DNA of 64,000 nt from Gemmatimonas sp. (GTDB taxonomy: Bacteria > Gemmatimonadota > Gemmatimonadetes > Gemmatimonadales > Gemmatimonadaceae). Shown one piece after another: positions 1-10,120 of the stretch (the first letter of the stretch is position 1; each line of letters begins with the position of its first letter). The notes under the pieces are model-generated. The model saw nothing but the letters and a program-made list of their open reading frames with translations. It was not told the origin of the DNA and made no database searches. The stretch is taken from assembly GCA_965279375.1 (NCBI GenBank), contig OZ257156.1, positions 448,001 to 512,000 of the forward strand, written 5' to 3'. Both the position numbers and the translations under genes were made by a program.

Positions 1-253
1 CGCTGAACACGGGGACGATGTTCGGGTGGGAGAAGCTCGCGGCCATGCGCGTCTCGCGCAGGAAGCGGTCTCGCAAGTCCGCCTGCGTGGCGAACTCCGG
101 AGGCAGCACTTTGATGGCGACCAGCCGATCGAGCTGGAGGTCGCGCGCGAGGTAGACCGCCCCCATGCCGCCGCGGCCGAGCTGTCGGTCGATGACATAG
201 CGATCGCCGAGCCTGGCTCGCAGGGTGTCGTGTGCGGCGTCCGGAGGGGTCAC
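1..253 (-). CDS. Ser/Thr protein kinase (Hanks type), N-terminal part; runs off the window edge
   Basis: Manual minus-strand translation from GTG at 253: VTPPDAAHDTLRARLGDRYVIDRQLGRGGMGAVYLARDLQLDRLVAIKVL...RFLRETRMAASFSHPNIVPVFS (Gly-rich loop, VAIK, HPNIV). Not in the ORF track. Confidence 0.92.
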   Translation of the reverse strand, partial: MTPPDAAHDTLRARLGDRYVIDRQLGRGGMGAVYLARDLQLDRLVAIKVLPPEFATQADLRDRFLRETRMAASFSHPNIVPVFS

Positions 254-325
254 CGATATGTCACGGTTGATTCGTGAGACAATGGCCAGCCATTCACGCT
301 GTCCGCTCCTTAGTCTTCAGGCAGG

Positions 326-1948
326 ATGACTCCAACGACCGCACGCAGAATGGCAGCACACATTGGCGACACGCCGGCGGAGCGTGCCCAGGCTGCGGCC
401 GACTTTGTGCGCCGCTACCGGTGGCTGATCCTGTTAGGGCTGATCACCGCCGCGATCATGGAAGTGCTGGATACCACGATCGTCAACGTAGCACTTCCCC
501 AGATGGCCGGTAATCTCGGCGCGACGCAGGAAGAGATCGCGTGGGTGTCGACTGGCTACATCCTGGCGAATGTGATCTTTCTGCCGATGACGGCGTTCTT
601 TGCCGCGCGCTTCGGGCGACGGCGGTACCTGACGGCTTCGATCTTTCTCTTCATCGTCGCCTCGTTCTTCTGCGGCACGTCGAATACGCTGATCGAGCTG
701 GTATTCTGGCGCATTCTGCAGGGCGCGGGGGGCGCCGCGCTGCTGTCGACGGCGCAGGCGACTTTGCGACAGATCTTCCCACCGGAAGAACAAGGGCTCG
801 TGCAGGCGGTGTTCCTGCTCGGCGTGATCGTGGCGCCGACGCTTGGCCCCACGCTCGGCGGATGGATCACCGACAACTACACCTGGAACTGGTGCTTCTT
901 CATCAACGTGCCGATCGGGCTCGTGTCGGCGTTCCTGGTGAACGGATTCCTGCGCGATCCGCCAGACCAGCAGGCGCACACTGGCGACGTGGACTGGCTG
1001 GGTATCGGTCTGCTGACCGTTGGCGTCGGCGGCATGCAGTATGTGCTGGAGGAAGGCAACGCGAAGGACTGGTTCGACGACAAGTGGATTCTGCGCATCG
1101 CGATCGTCGCGGCGATCTCGCTGGTGTGGATGGTGTGGTGGGAACTGCACCCGCGAAACACGCATCCCGTCGTGAACTTTCGCGTGCTGCACAACCGGAC
1201 GCTCGCCGCAGCGCTCTTTCTCTTCGTCGCGCTGGGCTTCGGCTTGTACGGTGGTGTCTTTCTCTTCCCGCTCTTCGCGCAGGGCATTCTGCACTTCACG
1301 CCGACCGAGACGGGGCTCGTGATGCTGCCCGGCGGCCTCGCGACCGGTGCGAGCGCGCTGATCTGTGGCGCGCTGCTCAACGGCAAACAGCCCAAGGCCG
1401 ACCCACGCCTGCTGATCGCGGGTGGCGTGGTACTTTTCGCGGTTTCGATGTGGATCATGGGCCATCTGACGACGTCGGCGGGCGCGGACGACGTGCGCTT
1501 CGCGCTGCTCGTGCGCGGCTTCGGACTGGGACTGCTGTTCGTGCCGATCAACGCGGCGGCGTACGGCAGCATCAAGCCGTCCGAGGCGCAGCAGGCCGCA
1601 GGACTGATCAACCTCTCACGGCAGCTCGGTGGCGCATTCGGCATTGCGGTGCTGGCGAACCAGGTGAACAAGCTGACGCAGTATCATCGCGTCGCGCTGT
1701 CGTCTGACCTCAGTGCAGGCAGTCTGCTGGTCGAAGAGCGGCTGCAGATGCTCACGAGCGGATTTGTGTCACGTGGAATGGATGCGGTCGCGGCGCATCA
1801 AGCGGCGCTGGCCGCGCTCAACGCGCAAGTGCAGCGACAGGCGTCGATGCTCAGCTTCAACGACGCATGGATCTTCGTGCTGATCGTCTTCGCGGTCGTC
1901 TCCCCATCCATCCTCCTGCTGGGTAAGCCGAAACCCAAGGCCGCGTAA
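326..1948 (+). CDS. DHA2 (EmrB/QacA) family MFS efflux permease
   Basis: MEVLDTTIVNVALP, WVSTGYILA, RFGRRRY, WCFFINVPIG and NLSRQLGG motifs; many hydrophobic segments. Confidence 0.92.
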   Translation: MTPTTARRMAAHIGDTPAERAQAAADFVRRYRWLILLGLITAAIMEVLDTTIVNVALPQMAGNLGATQEEIAWVSTGYILANVIFLPMTAFFAARFGRRRYLTASIFLFIVASFFCGTSNTLIELVFWRILQGAGGAALLSTAQATLRQIFPPEEQGLVQAVFLLGVIVAPTLGPTLGGWITDNYTWNWCFFINVPIGLVSAFLVNGFLRDPPDQQAHTGDVDWLGIGLLTVGVGGMQYVLEEGNAKDWFDDKWILRIAIVAAISLVWMVWWELHPRNTHPVVNFRVLHNRTLAAALFLFVALGFGLYGGVFLFPLFAQGILHFTPTETGLVMLPGGLATGASALICGALLNGKQPKADPRLLIAGGVVLFAVSMWIMGHLTTSAGADDVRFALLVRGFGLGLLFVPINAAAYGSIKPSEAQQAAGLINLSRQLGGAFGIAVLANQVNKLTQYHRVALSSDLSAGSLLVEERLQMLTSGFVSRGMDAVAAHQAALAALNAQVQRQASMLSFNDAWIFVLIVFAVVSPSILLLGKPKPKAA

Positions 1949-1951
1949 GAG

Positions 1952-4072
1952 ATGCGCTCGCATCCGCGACGAGTCGCCCGTGCACTGACCGTTCGGGTAC
2001 TGGCCGTCGCGTTGTCGACGCTGCTGCCGCACAGCATGCGTGCGCAGAGCTGCGCGCCTGTGAAGACGGGGCTCGTGCTCTCCGGCGGTGGCGCGAAAGG
2101 GTTCGCGCACATCGGGCTGTTCAAGGTGCTCGATTCGTTGCACATCCGACCGGACTTCATTGTCGGCTCCTCGATTGGTGCAATCGCTGGAGCACTGTAT
2201 GCGAGCGGATACACGGGCAATGAAATCGACTCGCTCACACGCGCGCTCCCGATCGCCAACGTGATCCGATCGTACAGCCCGACAGCGCCCGGCGTCATCG
2301 GTGCGCTGCCGGCCTTTGCGGTGTGGGAGAACAACGGCGCGGGGTACACGCTGCAAACCGGCGCCGTACGCGAGGGAGAGGTCAACGCGCTCATGTCGGC
2401 GTTGATGCTGCACGGCAACCTGCTCGCGCGCGGAGATTTCGACCGTCTGCCGATTCCGTTGCGCGTCATCGGGACTCGGCTTTCCACGCGCAAGGCGGTG
2501 GTGCTCTCCAAAGGTGATCTGGCGCAGGCCGTCCGCGCGTCGTTCGCCATTCCGCTGATCTTCTCGCCGGGCGTCGTCGGTGGCGACGTCCTGATGGACG
2601 GTGGCGTCTCCGACAACATTCCCGTCGCTGCCGCGCGCGCGATGGGCGCACAACGACTGATCATCTCCACGTTGCCCACTGGCGCCATCTCGGACGACCT
2701 CCTGGTCGATCCGCTCAAGGTGGCGCTGCGATTGACGGACTATCTGTTCGTCAACGACACGACCGGCTTTCAGCCGAACGACATCGTCGTTCGACACAAG
2801 ACAGCAGACGTGAACTCGCTGGATTTCTCAGCGAAGACGACGGACATGCTGGTGACGCGCGGTGCGGAGGCCGCGCGCGAATCGCTGCAGAATCGAGGGT
2901 GCCTGCAAACGCTGCGCGACGCGGCGGTCGCAGCCAACGGAGCGGCCGTTCCCGTTGCAGCGCCCACGGTGATGAGCGAAATCCACGTGAACAGCACGCG
3001 CTTGCTCGAGGATGTCACGCTGCGCAACGCGCTCGGATTGCGTGCGGGTCGGCCTTTCCGCGAAGACAGCCTGCGAAACCGTCTGCTGCAGCTGGGCAGT
3101 GCCGATGACTATCGCGCACTCTGGCTCACGCCATCCGGGAAGGATTCGAGTGTGTCGCTCTCCCTGACACCGGTGTATGGCGCGAAGGAAGCGGTCGTCG
3201 TCGGCTTTGCCTACGACAACGACCTTGGCGGGCGACTTTGGGGTGCATCGGCATGGCGCGATCTCTTCCATGCCTCGGTGGAGGGCGCCGCGATGTTCGA
3301 CATCAGCAAGTATCGCCAGGAGTTTCTTGGCGGACTCCTGCGCCGCATTCCCGCGTTTCAGCATGCGGCACCGCTCGTGGCCACAGCGCGGCTCGTCTCG
3401 GAAGATGTGCGCGTCTTCGACGATAGCCTCGAGCGCGCACCCATCCCCACGCGGGAAGTCGAGGTGGCTGCTGGGTTGAGCGGACGCCTCCCTGCCGGAA
3501 TCACCCTCGGCGTCACGCCAAGCGTCAGTCTCTTTCATGTCGGCGATCGACCGCAACTCGGCGCAGTTGGCATGAAGCTGCTGTTCACGCACGGCGGTGG
3601 CTATTTCAGCTCTTCTACGCGTGTCGAGGCGGATGTGAACACGCGATTCCAACGCGTGCATCTCGAAACGCGACACCGCTGGCAAGTCGGCAGCATCGAC
3701 GTGATTCCGCGCGCGCGGCTCGGCTGGAGCCATCAGGCGCCGGTGCATCAGCAGTTCGTGCTGGGCGGCTACGACGGCTTCGGCGGATTGCGCACGACTG
3801 AGCGTCGCGGCGCACAGGAAGCGATGGTCGGCGTGACACTCAAGCGGCAGCTCTTCGGACCAGTGCGCGGCACGGTTGAAGGCATGCTCGGCGCCGTCGG
3901 TGTGGAGAATGGGTTCCTGCGTCGCGAGCCCGACACCATCTATGGCCAGCGTATCACCGGCTACCGCCTCGGCGCGGAGATGCGCATCGGTCCGATCGAC
4001 ATTCGGGTGGCGCGCGGCTTCAACACGGCGAAGCGCGACAACTGGTTCATCCGCATGGGCCCGTGGTTCTAG
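1952..4072 (+). CDS. Patatin-like phospholipase with probable POTRA and C-terminal beta-barrel (PlpD/type Vd-like)
   Basis: Signal peptide, LSGGGAKG, GSSIG (GxSxG), DGG; amphipathic beta-rich C-terminal half ending in Phe (RMGPWF). Confidence 0.85.
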   Translation: MRSHPRRVARALTVRVLAVALSTLLPHSMRAQSCAPVKTGLVLSGGGAKGFAHIGLFKVLDSLHIRPDFIVGSSIGAIAGALYASGYTGNEIDSLTRALPIANVIRSYSPTAPGVIGALPAFAVWENNGAGYTLQTGAVREGEVNALMSALMLHGNLLARGDFDRLPIPLRVIGTRLSTRKAVVLSKGDLAQAVRASFAIPLIFSPGVVGGDVLMDGGVSDNIPVAAARAMGAQRLIISTLPTGAISDDLLVDPLKVALRLTDYLFVNDTTGFQPNDIVVRHKTADVNSLDFSAKTTDMLVTRGAEAARESLQNRGCLQTLRDAAVAANGAAVPVAAPTVMSEIHVNSTRLLEDVTLRNALGLRAGRPFREDSLRNRLLQLGSADDYRALWLTPSGKDSSVSLSLTPVYGAKEAVVVGFAYDNDLGGRLWGASAWRDLFHASVEGAAMFDISKYRQEFLGGLLRRIPAFQHAAPLVATARLVSEDVRVFDDSLERAPIPTREVEVAAGLSGRLPAGITLGVTPSVSLFHVGDRPQLGAVGMKLLFTHGGGYFSSSTRVEADVNTRFQRVHLETRHRWQVGSIDVIPRARLGWSHQAPVHQQFVLGGYDGFGGLRTTERRGAQEAMVGVTLKRQLFGPVRGTVEGMLGAVGVENGFLRREPDTIYGQRITGYRLGAEMRIGPIDIRVARGFNTAKRDNWFIRMGPWF

Positions 4073-4106
4073 CTGCGCGCTGCGGCATGCGGGGAGCGTT
4101 TAACGC

Positions 4107-4844
4107 CTAGCTGCCGAAACGCTCCGTGCGGATGCGCGCGGAGTCGATGCCTGCTGCCACGAGCAGGTCGGCAGTGCCACCCGCGAACGCGTTGCTGCCG
4201 CAGACGAAGCAGAGATCGGGCGACTGTGTCTGGCCGTGCAACAGCGCAGCGACGACTTCGGCATCGATGCGGCGACTGAAATCCTGTGGACGTCGCGCCT
4301 GATCGCGCGTGAGGCAGAAGACCACGCGCAGGTCGCGTTGCGCTTGCTCGTGTGCCAGCAATTCCTCGCGATAGAGCACGTCATCCCAGGTACGCGCCGA
4401 GTAGAGGAGCGTCATCTGAGGCGGTTGTCGCAGGAAGCTGCGCGTGCGCACCATCGACATCAGCGGCGCAACGCCGGAACCGCCACCGACCAGCAGCACG
4501 CGACCGTCGCTTTCGCCGCGCCAGACAAAGTGCTCGGCGAATGGACCGCTCACCTCGACGGTATCACCCGGTTGTGCCACGTCGTGAAACCACGATGACA
4601 CTTCACCATCAGGGAGACGCTCGACGGCGAGCTCGAAGGTGCTCATCATGGCGGGCGCCGACGTGACCGAGTAGCTGCGACGCGCCTGATAGCCGTCGCT
4701 GGCGGTGAGGCGCACGTCGATGTGCTGACCGGGCGCGAGTGCGCGCCACGCCTTGGGGCGGAGCACGACGCGCATGACCGTAGGTGTCAGCAGCGAGCAT
4801 TCCTCTATGGTGGCCTCCTGCCACCCGGACGAGACTTCAGTCAT
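4107..4844 (-). CDS. FAD/NAD(P)-binding ferredoxin reductase-like oxidoreductase
   Basis: PGQH, RSYS, GEVSS, GGGSGVAP and VCGS motifs; ATG at 4844 overlaps the upstream gene's stop. Confidence 0.88.
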   Translation of the reverse strand: MTEVSSGWQEATIEECSLLTPTVMRVVLRPKAWRALAPGQHIDVRLTASDGYQARRSYSVTSAPAMMSTFELAVERLPDGEVSSWFHDVAQPGDTVEVSGPFAEHFVWRGESDGRVLLVGGGSGVAPLMSMVRTRSFLRQPPQMTLLYSARTWDDVLYREELLAHEQAQRDLRVVFCLTRDQARRPQDFSRRIDAEVVAALLHGQTQSPDLCFVCGSNAFAGGTADLLVAAGIDSARIRTERFGS

Positions 4845-5457
4845 TCGTGAAACGTTGTTCGCGCCATGGGTCCCCACGCATGTGGTAGCCGCGCAGCTCC
4901 CAGAAGCCGGCTTCGTCGCGCTGCGTGAACTGGAGACCGTTCACCCATTTAGCCGACTTCCAGAAGTAGAGATGCGGCACGAGAAGCCGCGCGGGACCAC
5001 CATGGTCGGCGGTGAGTGGAAGTCCGTCGTACTTGAGCGCGATCATCGCCTGCCCGTTCGTGAGATCCGCCAGCGGCACGTTCGTCGAGTATCCCTCGAC
5101 GGTGTGCGCAAGCACGAACGGCGTCGGCGCCGAGTCCGAGGCAACCTCGATACCGGCGTCGGCGAAGAGGTCATCCACGAGGACGCCTTCCCAGCGTGTG
5201 TCGAGCTTGGACCACGTAGTCACGCAATGGATGTCGCGCGTGAACGTCGTCATCGGCAGCGCATTGAACTCCGCCCAGCTCCAACGTTTGACTGGGCGCG
5301 GACCGATGCGCAGCGAGAAGGACCATTCCGCCGTGTTCACACGCGGCGTGGGGCCGGCGGAGAGCACGGGAAAGTCCATGGACAGATGCTGGCCGGGGGG
5401 GATACGTGCTGCCGCGTCTGCTGGCGGACGCCGACCGTGGAATCCTCGTGTAACCAT
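4837..5457 (-). CDS. Sulfite oxidase-like molybdopterin-dependent oxidoreductase (cytoplasmic)
   Basis: PPGQ, DIHCVTTWS (Mo-ligand Cys), HGGPARLLVP, YFWKSAKW, GFWELRGYH. Start re-chosen at MVTRGF. Confidence 0.9.
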   Translation of the reverse strand: MVTRGFHGRRPPADAAARIPPGQHLSMDFPVLSAGPTPRVNTAEWSFSLRIGPRPVKRWSWAEFNALPMTTFTRDIHCVTTWSKLDTRWEGVLVDDLFADAGIEVASDSAPTPFVLAHTVEGYSTNVPLADLTNGQAMIALKYDGLPLTADHGGPARLLVPHLYFWKSAKWVNGLQFTQRDEAGFWELRGYHMRGDPWREQRFTND

Positions 5458-5626
5458 GGCTGGAAGTTCGCACCAGCGACGCAAGGGAGCAACGCAGCAG
5501 GCGGCGCGGACACGTGATGGGCACATCCGCTTGCGCAGTATCGAGCACGGGCGAATCATCAAGGAAGGCTTGTCGCGAATGTCCTTGGCGTTATGCGCCC
5601 TTCCGTGTCCTCCACCGATTGATCGT

Positions 5627-6658
5627 GTGACTGCTGACGCAACCCCGCAACAACCGGATACACCACCGCAGGCCCCTCACGGGACCGACGATCTCGGGCT
5701 GGGGAGCGTCGTCGCCTCGCGCTCGCGTGGACGATTCCTCACGCGCGAGGGGATCAGCACGTCGCGCAAGTACGGACTCGGCGCACAGCGCGCGGAGCGA
5801 TTCTATCTCGCCGCGCTCGACGCGGGGTGGCTGTCGTTCATGGCGTGGCTCATCGGGCTGACGCTGCTGTTGAACGGCTGCTTTGCGCTCGCGTACATGT
5901 CGCTTGGGCCGCAGGCGTTGTACGGCACGGAGTCACTCGGGCTCGACGATCCGTTCCTGCGGGCACTGAGTTTCAGTGTCGCCGTGTTCACTACGACTGG
6001 CACGGGCGCGATGCATGCCGTCGGCGCGACAGCGCATTGGCTCGTGGTGTTCGAGTCGCTGCTGGGGCCGATCATGCTGATCATCGCCGCCGGCGTGCTG
6101 ATTGCGCGCATGACGCGTCCGCGCATGCAGTTGCGTTTCACCGAGGGAGCCGTGGTGGCGCCGTACGAGGGCGGGCGCGGTCTCATGTTCCGGTTCGTGA
6201 ACGTGCAGCGCAGCGACCTGAGCGACGTGCATGTACACATGAACCTCTCGCGCTACGAGCAGATCGACGGGAAACGTGAGCGCAATTTCCATGAGCTTGA
6301 ACTGGAGCGCTCATCGGTGGAGATGTTCCCGTTGCACTGGACCGTGGTGCATCCACTGACGGCGAACAGTCCGTTGGCGGGGATGACTCCCGAGAGCATG
6401 GCGGCGTCGCAAGCGGAACTGCTGATCTTCGTCAGCGCGCACGAAGCGACCTTCTCGACGCGCGTGACCGCGAAGACGTCGTATCTGTACGACGAAATCC
6501 GCTGGGACGCGAAGTGGGCAAGCGTCTTCACGAGCAGCCCGGACGATGTGATCGCCATCGACGTCGATCGCCTCGACCGCACCGAGCAGCTGCCGGAAGG
6601 CTCCACGACGCTGCCCGCCGCGATCGAGTTGGCCACTGGCCCAGCAAGAGTGAACTAG
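5627..6658 (+). CDS. Inward-rectifier (KirBac-like) ion channel with non-canonical filter
   Basis: Two TM helices flanking a pore region FSVAVFTTTGTGAMH; ARMTRP; cytoplasmic domain with LMFR, LELER, WTVVHPL..NSPL and SYLYDEIRW. Start approximate (GTG 5627). Confidence 0.82.
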   Translation: MTADATPQQPDTPPQAPHGTDDLGLGSVVASRSRGRFLTREGISTSRKYGLGAQRAERFYLAALDAGWLSFMAWLIGLTLLLNGCFALAYMSLGPQALYGTESLGLDDPFLRALSFSVAVFTTTGTGAMHAVGATAHWLVVFESLLGPIMLIIAAGVLIARMTRPRMQLRFTEGAVVAPYEGGRGLMFRFVNVQRSDLSDVHVHMNLSRYEQIDGKRERNFHELELERSSVEMFPLHWTVVHPLTANSPLAGMTPESMAASQAELLIFVSAHEATFSTRVTAKTSYLYDEIRWDAKWASVFTSSPDDVIAIDVDRLDRTEQLPEGSTTLPAAIELATGPARVN

Positions 6659-6703
6659 GCGACGTCGCTCGCGGGACAACGTCGCGCGCGCCCTGCAACG
6701 TCC

Positions 6704-7792
6704 CTACAACGCGCTGACGACGGCGTGCGCGACATCCTGCGTGTTGGCGGCGCCGCCCAGGTCCGGCGTGCGCGGTCCACCGCCGCCCACCACCTGCTCG
6801 ATCGCACGCACGATGCGATCGTGTGCCTCGCGCAGCCCCAGATGCTGGAGCATCAGCGCACCGGCCCAGATGGCGCCGATCGGATTGGCGATGCCGCGCC
6901 CGGCGATATCGGGCGCTGAGCCGTGGATCGGTTCAAACATCGACGGCTGACGACGCGAGGGATCGATGTTGGCGCCGGGCGCGACGCCGAGACTGCCCGA
7001 GACTGCGGCACCCAGATCGGTCAGGATATCGCCGAAGAGATTGGACGCGACAATGACGTCGATGGTGCCGGGATGGGTGACCATGCGCGCGGCGAGCGCA
7101 TCGACGTGATACTTGCGATACTCGACCGAAGGAAACTCAGGCGCGATCGCTTCGACGGCCTCATCCCAAAGCACCATCGTGTGCTGCATCGCGTTCGACT
7201 TGGTCGCACTGGCCAGCATCCGTCGCGGGCGCGACGCCGCCAGCTCGAAGGCATAGCGCACCACACGGTCCACGCCACGCCGTGTGAAGATGCTCGTTTG
7301 CTCGGCGACTTCATGCGGCGTGCCCTTGAGCATGCGCCCGCCCACACCGCTGTACTCGCCTTCGGAGTTCTCACGCACGCACACCATGTCGATATCGGCC
7401 GGCGTGCGTCCAGCCAATGGAGACGTGACGCCCGGCAGCAGCCGCATGGGGCGCAGGTTCACGTACTGATCGAACCGCTGCCGAATCGGAAGAATGAGCT
7501 CCCACACCGACACATGATCGGGCACACCGGGCGCACCGACTGCACCGAGATAGATGGCGTCGAACTCCTGCAAGCGATCCAGCGCATCGTCGTCCATCAT
7601 CTTGCCGGTGCGCCGATAGAAGTCGCATCCCCACGGGAACTCGGTGAACTCCAGGGAGCGCGCTTCGCTGCGGACCGCATGCTTGAGCACTTCGATGCCG
7701 GCGGGGATCACTTCGGTGCCGATACCATCGCCCGCGATCACGGCGATACGCAGCGGACGGTTAGGGTCGACGGAACCAGACGCGTGGGTCAT
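6704..7792 (-). CDS. Tartrate/D-malate dehydrogenase-like beta-decarboxylating dehydrogenase
   Basis: IAGDGIGTEV, FDQYVNLRP, VRENSEGEY, TKSN, SNLFGDILTD, FEPIHGSAPDIAG. Confidence 0.88.
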   Translation of the reverse strand: MTHASGSVDPNRPLRIAVIAGDGIGTEVIPAGIEVLKHAVRSEARSLEFTEFPWGCDFYRRTGKMMDDDALDRLQEFDAIYLGAVGAPGVPDHVSVWELILPIRQRFDQYVNLRPMRLLPGVTSPLAGRTPADIDMVCVRENSEGEYSGVGGRMLKGTPHEVAEQTSIFTRRGVDRVVRYAFELAASRPRRMLASATKSNAMQHTMVLWDEAVEAIAPEFPSVEYRKYHVDALAARMVTHPGTIDVIVASNLFGDILTDLGAAVSGSLGVAPGANIDPSRRQPSMFEPIHGSAPDIAGRGIANPIGAIWAGALMLQHLGLREAHDRIVRAIEQVVGGGGPRTPDLGGAANTQDVAHAVVSAL

Positions 7793-7797
7793 TCCGC

Positions 7798-8583
7798 TCA
7801 CATGCCCGGCGGTGTGAAGCGGCCGTCCTGCGCGAGCCATCCTCCATCCGCGTAGATGATCGTGCCCGTGACGTAGCTGGCTGCATCGGAGGCGAGGAAG
7901 AGCGTCGGCCCGACCATCTCTTCCGGCTTGCCCCAGCGATTGAAGACCGACTTGGCGGCGTAGGCGTTGAACCAGTCCTCATTCGCCTTGATCGGCGCCG
8001 TGAGCGGCGTCTCGATCACACCGGGGCCCACGCAATTGACGCGCACGCCGTACGGCCCGAACTCCGAAGCGGCACCGCGCGCAAGCTGCAGGATGCCGGC
8101 CTTGGTGGCCGCGTAGACCGACTGCCCCGGCTCGACGACGAGCGAGCGAATCGACGAGAAGAGCACAATACTGCCGCGTCGCTGCGCCGTCATGATTCGA
8201 CCAGCGGCGCGCAGCACGTTGAAGTTGCCCTTGATGTTCACGTCGAGCACGCGCGCGAGTTCATCGTCCTGATAGTCGAGAATCTTCTTGCGCACGTTGA
8301 TGCTTGGCGTGCAGATGACGATGTCGAGTGACCCGTGACGCGTGGCGATGTCATTGAGTGCGGAGTTGACCGACGCCGTGTCAGTGATGTCGATGGCGCC
8401 CGCCTCGGTGCTGCCGCCGGCCTTGAGCGCGACAGCCGCCGCCGCTTCGTGTTTTACGTCGAGACAGACCACCGTGGCGCCGAGCTTGGCCGCGCCTAAG
8501 GTGACCGCCTCACCAATGCCTGACGCCCCACCGATGACGGCGGCGACCTTGCCCGTCAGGTCAAAGATTCCGTTGTTGGACAT
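7798..8583 (-). CDS. SDR family NAD(P)-dependent oxidoreductase
   Basis: GGASGIG, catalytic YAATK, VRVNCVGPG, ADGG. Confidence 0.92.
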   Translation of the reverse strand: MSNNGIFDLTGKVAAVIGGASGIGEAVTLGAAKLGATVVCLDVKHEAAAAVALKAGGSTEAGAIDITDTASVNSALNDIATRHGSLDIVICTPSINVRKKILDYQDDELARVLDVNIKGNFNVLRAAGRIMTAQRRGSIVLFSSIRSLVVEPGQSVYAATKAGILQLARGAASEFGPYGVRVNCVGPGVIETPLTAPIKANEDWFNAYAAKSVFNRWGKPEEMVGPTLFLASDAASYVTGTIIYADGGWLAQDGRFTPPGM

Positions 8584-8592
8584 GTCGCTCCG

Positions 8593-10026
8593 CTACTTGG
8601 CTGCAGGTTGAAGTGTGGCGCTGGATGGACCGTCGGATCCGCTGCGCCCGCGACGAACGAGCTGCGTGATGACAAACGCGACGAGCGCGCCGACGAGCCC
8701 CGCCATCGCGGGTGTCATGCCGGCGATAGGCGATCCATCGTGAAAGAGGCGCAATCCGCCGACGATCGCGACGCCGGTGATGATGGCGGCAAGCGCATCG
8801 GCCGTCGCGGCACGCTGACTGAAGAGCCCTGCGACGATCGGTACGAACAGGCTGACGCCCATGATCGTGTAGAAGATGCTCAGCGCGCTGATCACACCCG
8901 CGGCGACCAGTGCGACGCCGATGCCGAGCGCACCGGCAAACACCGCCGTGATGCGCGTCATGCGCAAAAGCTGCGAATCGGTCGCGGCGCGATTGACGAA
9001 GCGTTTGTAGAAATCCTGTGACAGCGATGTGGTGAGCATGAAGAGCACCGCATCGGCCGCGCTGAGTTCTGCAGAGAACACCGCCGCCAGCCCGAGTGCA
9101 CCCACGGCGACCGGCACGCCGGACATGAGCAGCGTGGGGAGTGCGAGTTCGTGCTGAGGCAGGTTGGGGAACTGCGCGCGCGCCATCATGCCGAGCAACA
9201 CGGGAACGAACGCATACGCAACGAGTGCGACGGCGTTGAGTCCGACGCCGATGCGCACCGAGCGATCGTCACGCGCGCCGAAGATTTTCTGCAGCAATCC
9301 AGGCGAAACGACGAACGCGGGGCCGAGCATGGCGAGATACACCAGCCCAGAGGCGCCGCCGCTCCACGGGTTCCAGTAGTCTGGCGTCGGCTGCAGTGCG
9401 CGGATTGCGTGCCATCCACCTGACGCAGAGAGCGCGAACGGAATCGCGATCGCAAATCCGACGAGCTTCACCGTGAGCTGGACGACGTTCACGTACGCCG
9501 ACGTGAGCAGACCACCCGAGGCGAAGTAGACGGTGATCATCATGCCGCCGAGAATGCAGCCGATGTTCTTGGGGAGTCCGACGATGACATTGAGAATCCA
9601 CGCGACGGCAATGAGCTGACCGGCGAGGATGAATACACAGCCTACCCAGAGCAACGCGGCGATGGCGGTGCGTACTACAACTCCGTAACGAAATTCGAGA
9701 TAGTCGCCTACGGTGCGCAGATCATGTTGCGCGGCGACGCGCCGAATGGCCGGCCCGATCCAGAACGCGAGGATGAACGAGCCGATGCCGGCGGAGAGCA
9801 CCCACCAGATGGCGGCGAGTCCGTCGCGATAGCCAAGCCCAGTCGCACCGACGGTCGATCCTGCGCCGATGTTGGCCGCGAGCGTGGTGGAGAAGATCAG
9901 CCCGGGCCCCAGCGAGCGTCCGGCCACGAAGAAATCGCTGGATGTCTTGACGCGTCGCGAAATCCACGCGCCCAACGCGAGTTGGGCCGCAGAGTACGCA
10001 ATGAGCAGCAGGAGTTGAGTATTCAC
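8593..10026 (-). CDS. Sodium:solute symporter (SSS) family protein
   Basis: DFFVAGRSL, AANIGAG, YLEFRYG, GGL, SAELSAAD; polytopic. Start re-chosen at GTG 10026. Confidence 0.9.
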   Translation of the reverse strand: MNTQLLLLIAYSAAQLALGAWISRRVKTSSDFFVAGRSLGPGLIFSTTLAANIGAGSTVGATGLGYRDGLAAIWWVLSAGIGSFILAFWIGPAIRRVAAQHDLRTVGDYLEFRYGVVVRTAIAALLWVGCVFILAGQLIAVAWILNVIVGLPKNIGCILGGMMITVYFASGGLLTSAYVNVVQLTVKLVGFAIAIPFALSASGGWHAIRALQPTPDYWNPWSGGASGLVYLAMLGPAFVVSPGLLQKIFGARDDRSVRIGVGLNAVALVAYAFVPVLLGMMARAQFPNLPQHELALPTLLMSGVPVAVGALGLAAVFSAELSAADAVLFMLTTSLSQDFYKRFVNRAATDSQLLRMTRITAVFAGALGIGVALVAAGVISALSIFYTIMGVSLFVPIVAGLFSQRAATADALAAIITGVAIVGGLRLFHDGSPIAGMTPAMAGLVGALVAFVITQLVRRGRSGSDGPSSATLQPAAK

Positions 10027-10120
10027 GGGTGCGGCTCGTGAGGGATCTGCGGTGCGGCGCAACGGTAACCGTCCACTGCTTGCTTGACAAGCATGGTCGG
10101 CGGCGACGATACTGGCGCGC

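Noticed and set aside
26..277. 83-aa plus-strand ORF
   Set aside because: It is the antisense shadow of the minus-strand Ser/Thr kinase, which carries clear motifs.
5012..5626. Long N-terminal extensions in the ORF track (also 8593-10485, 26797-28965, 41571-44435, 54829-58131)
   Set aside because: The extensions overlap divergent genes or promoter regions. Downstream starts give proper signal peptides or family N-termini.
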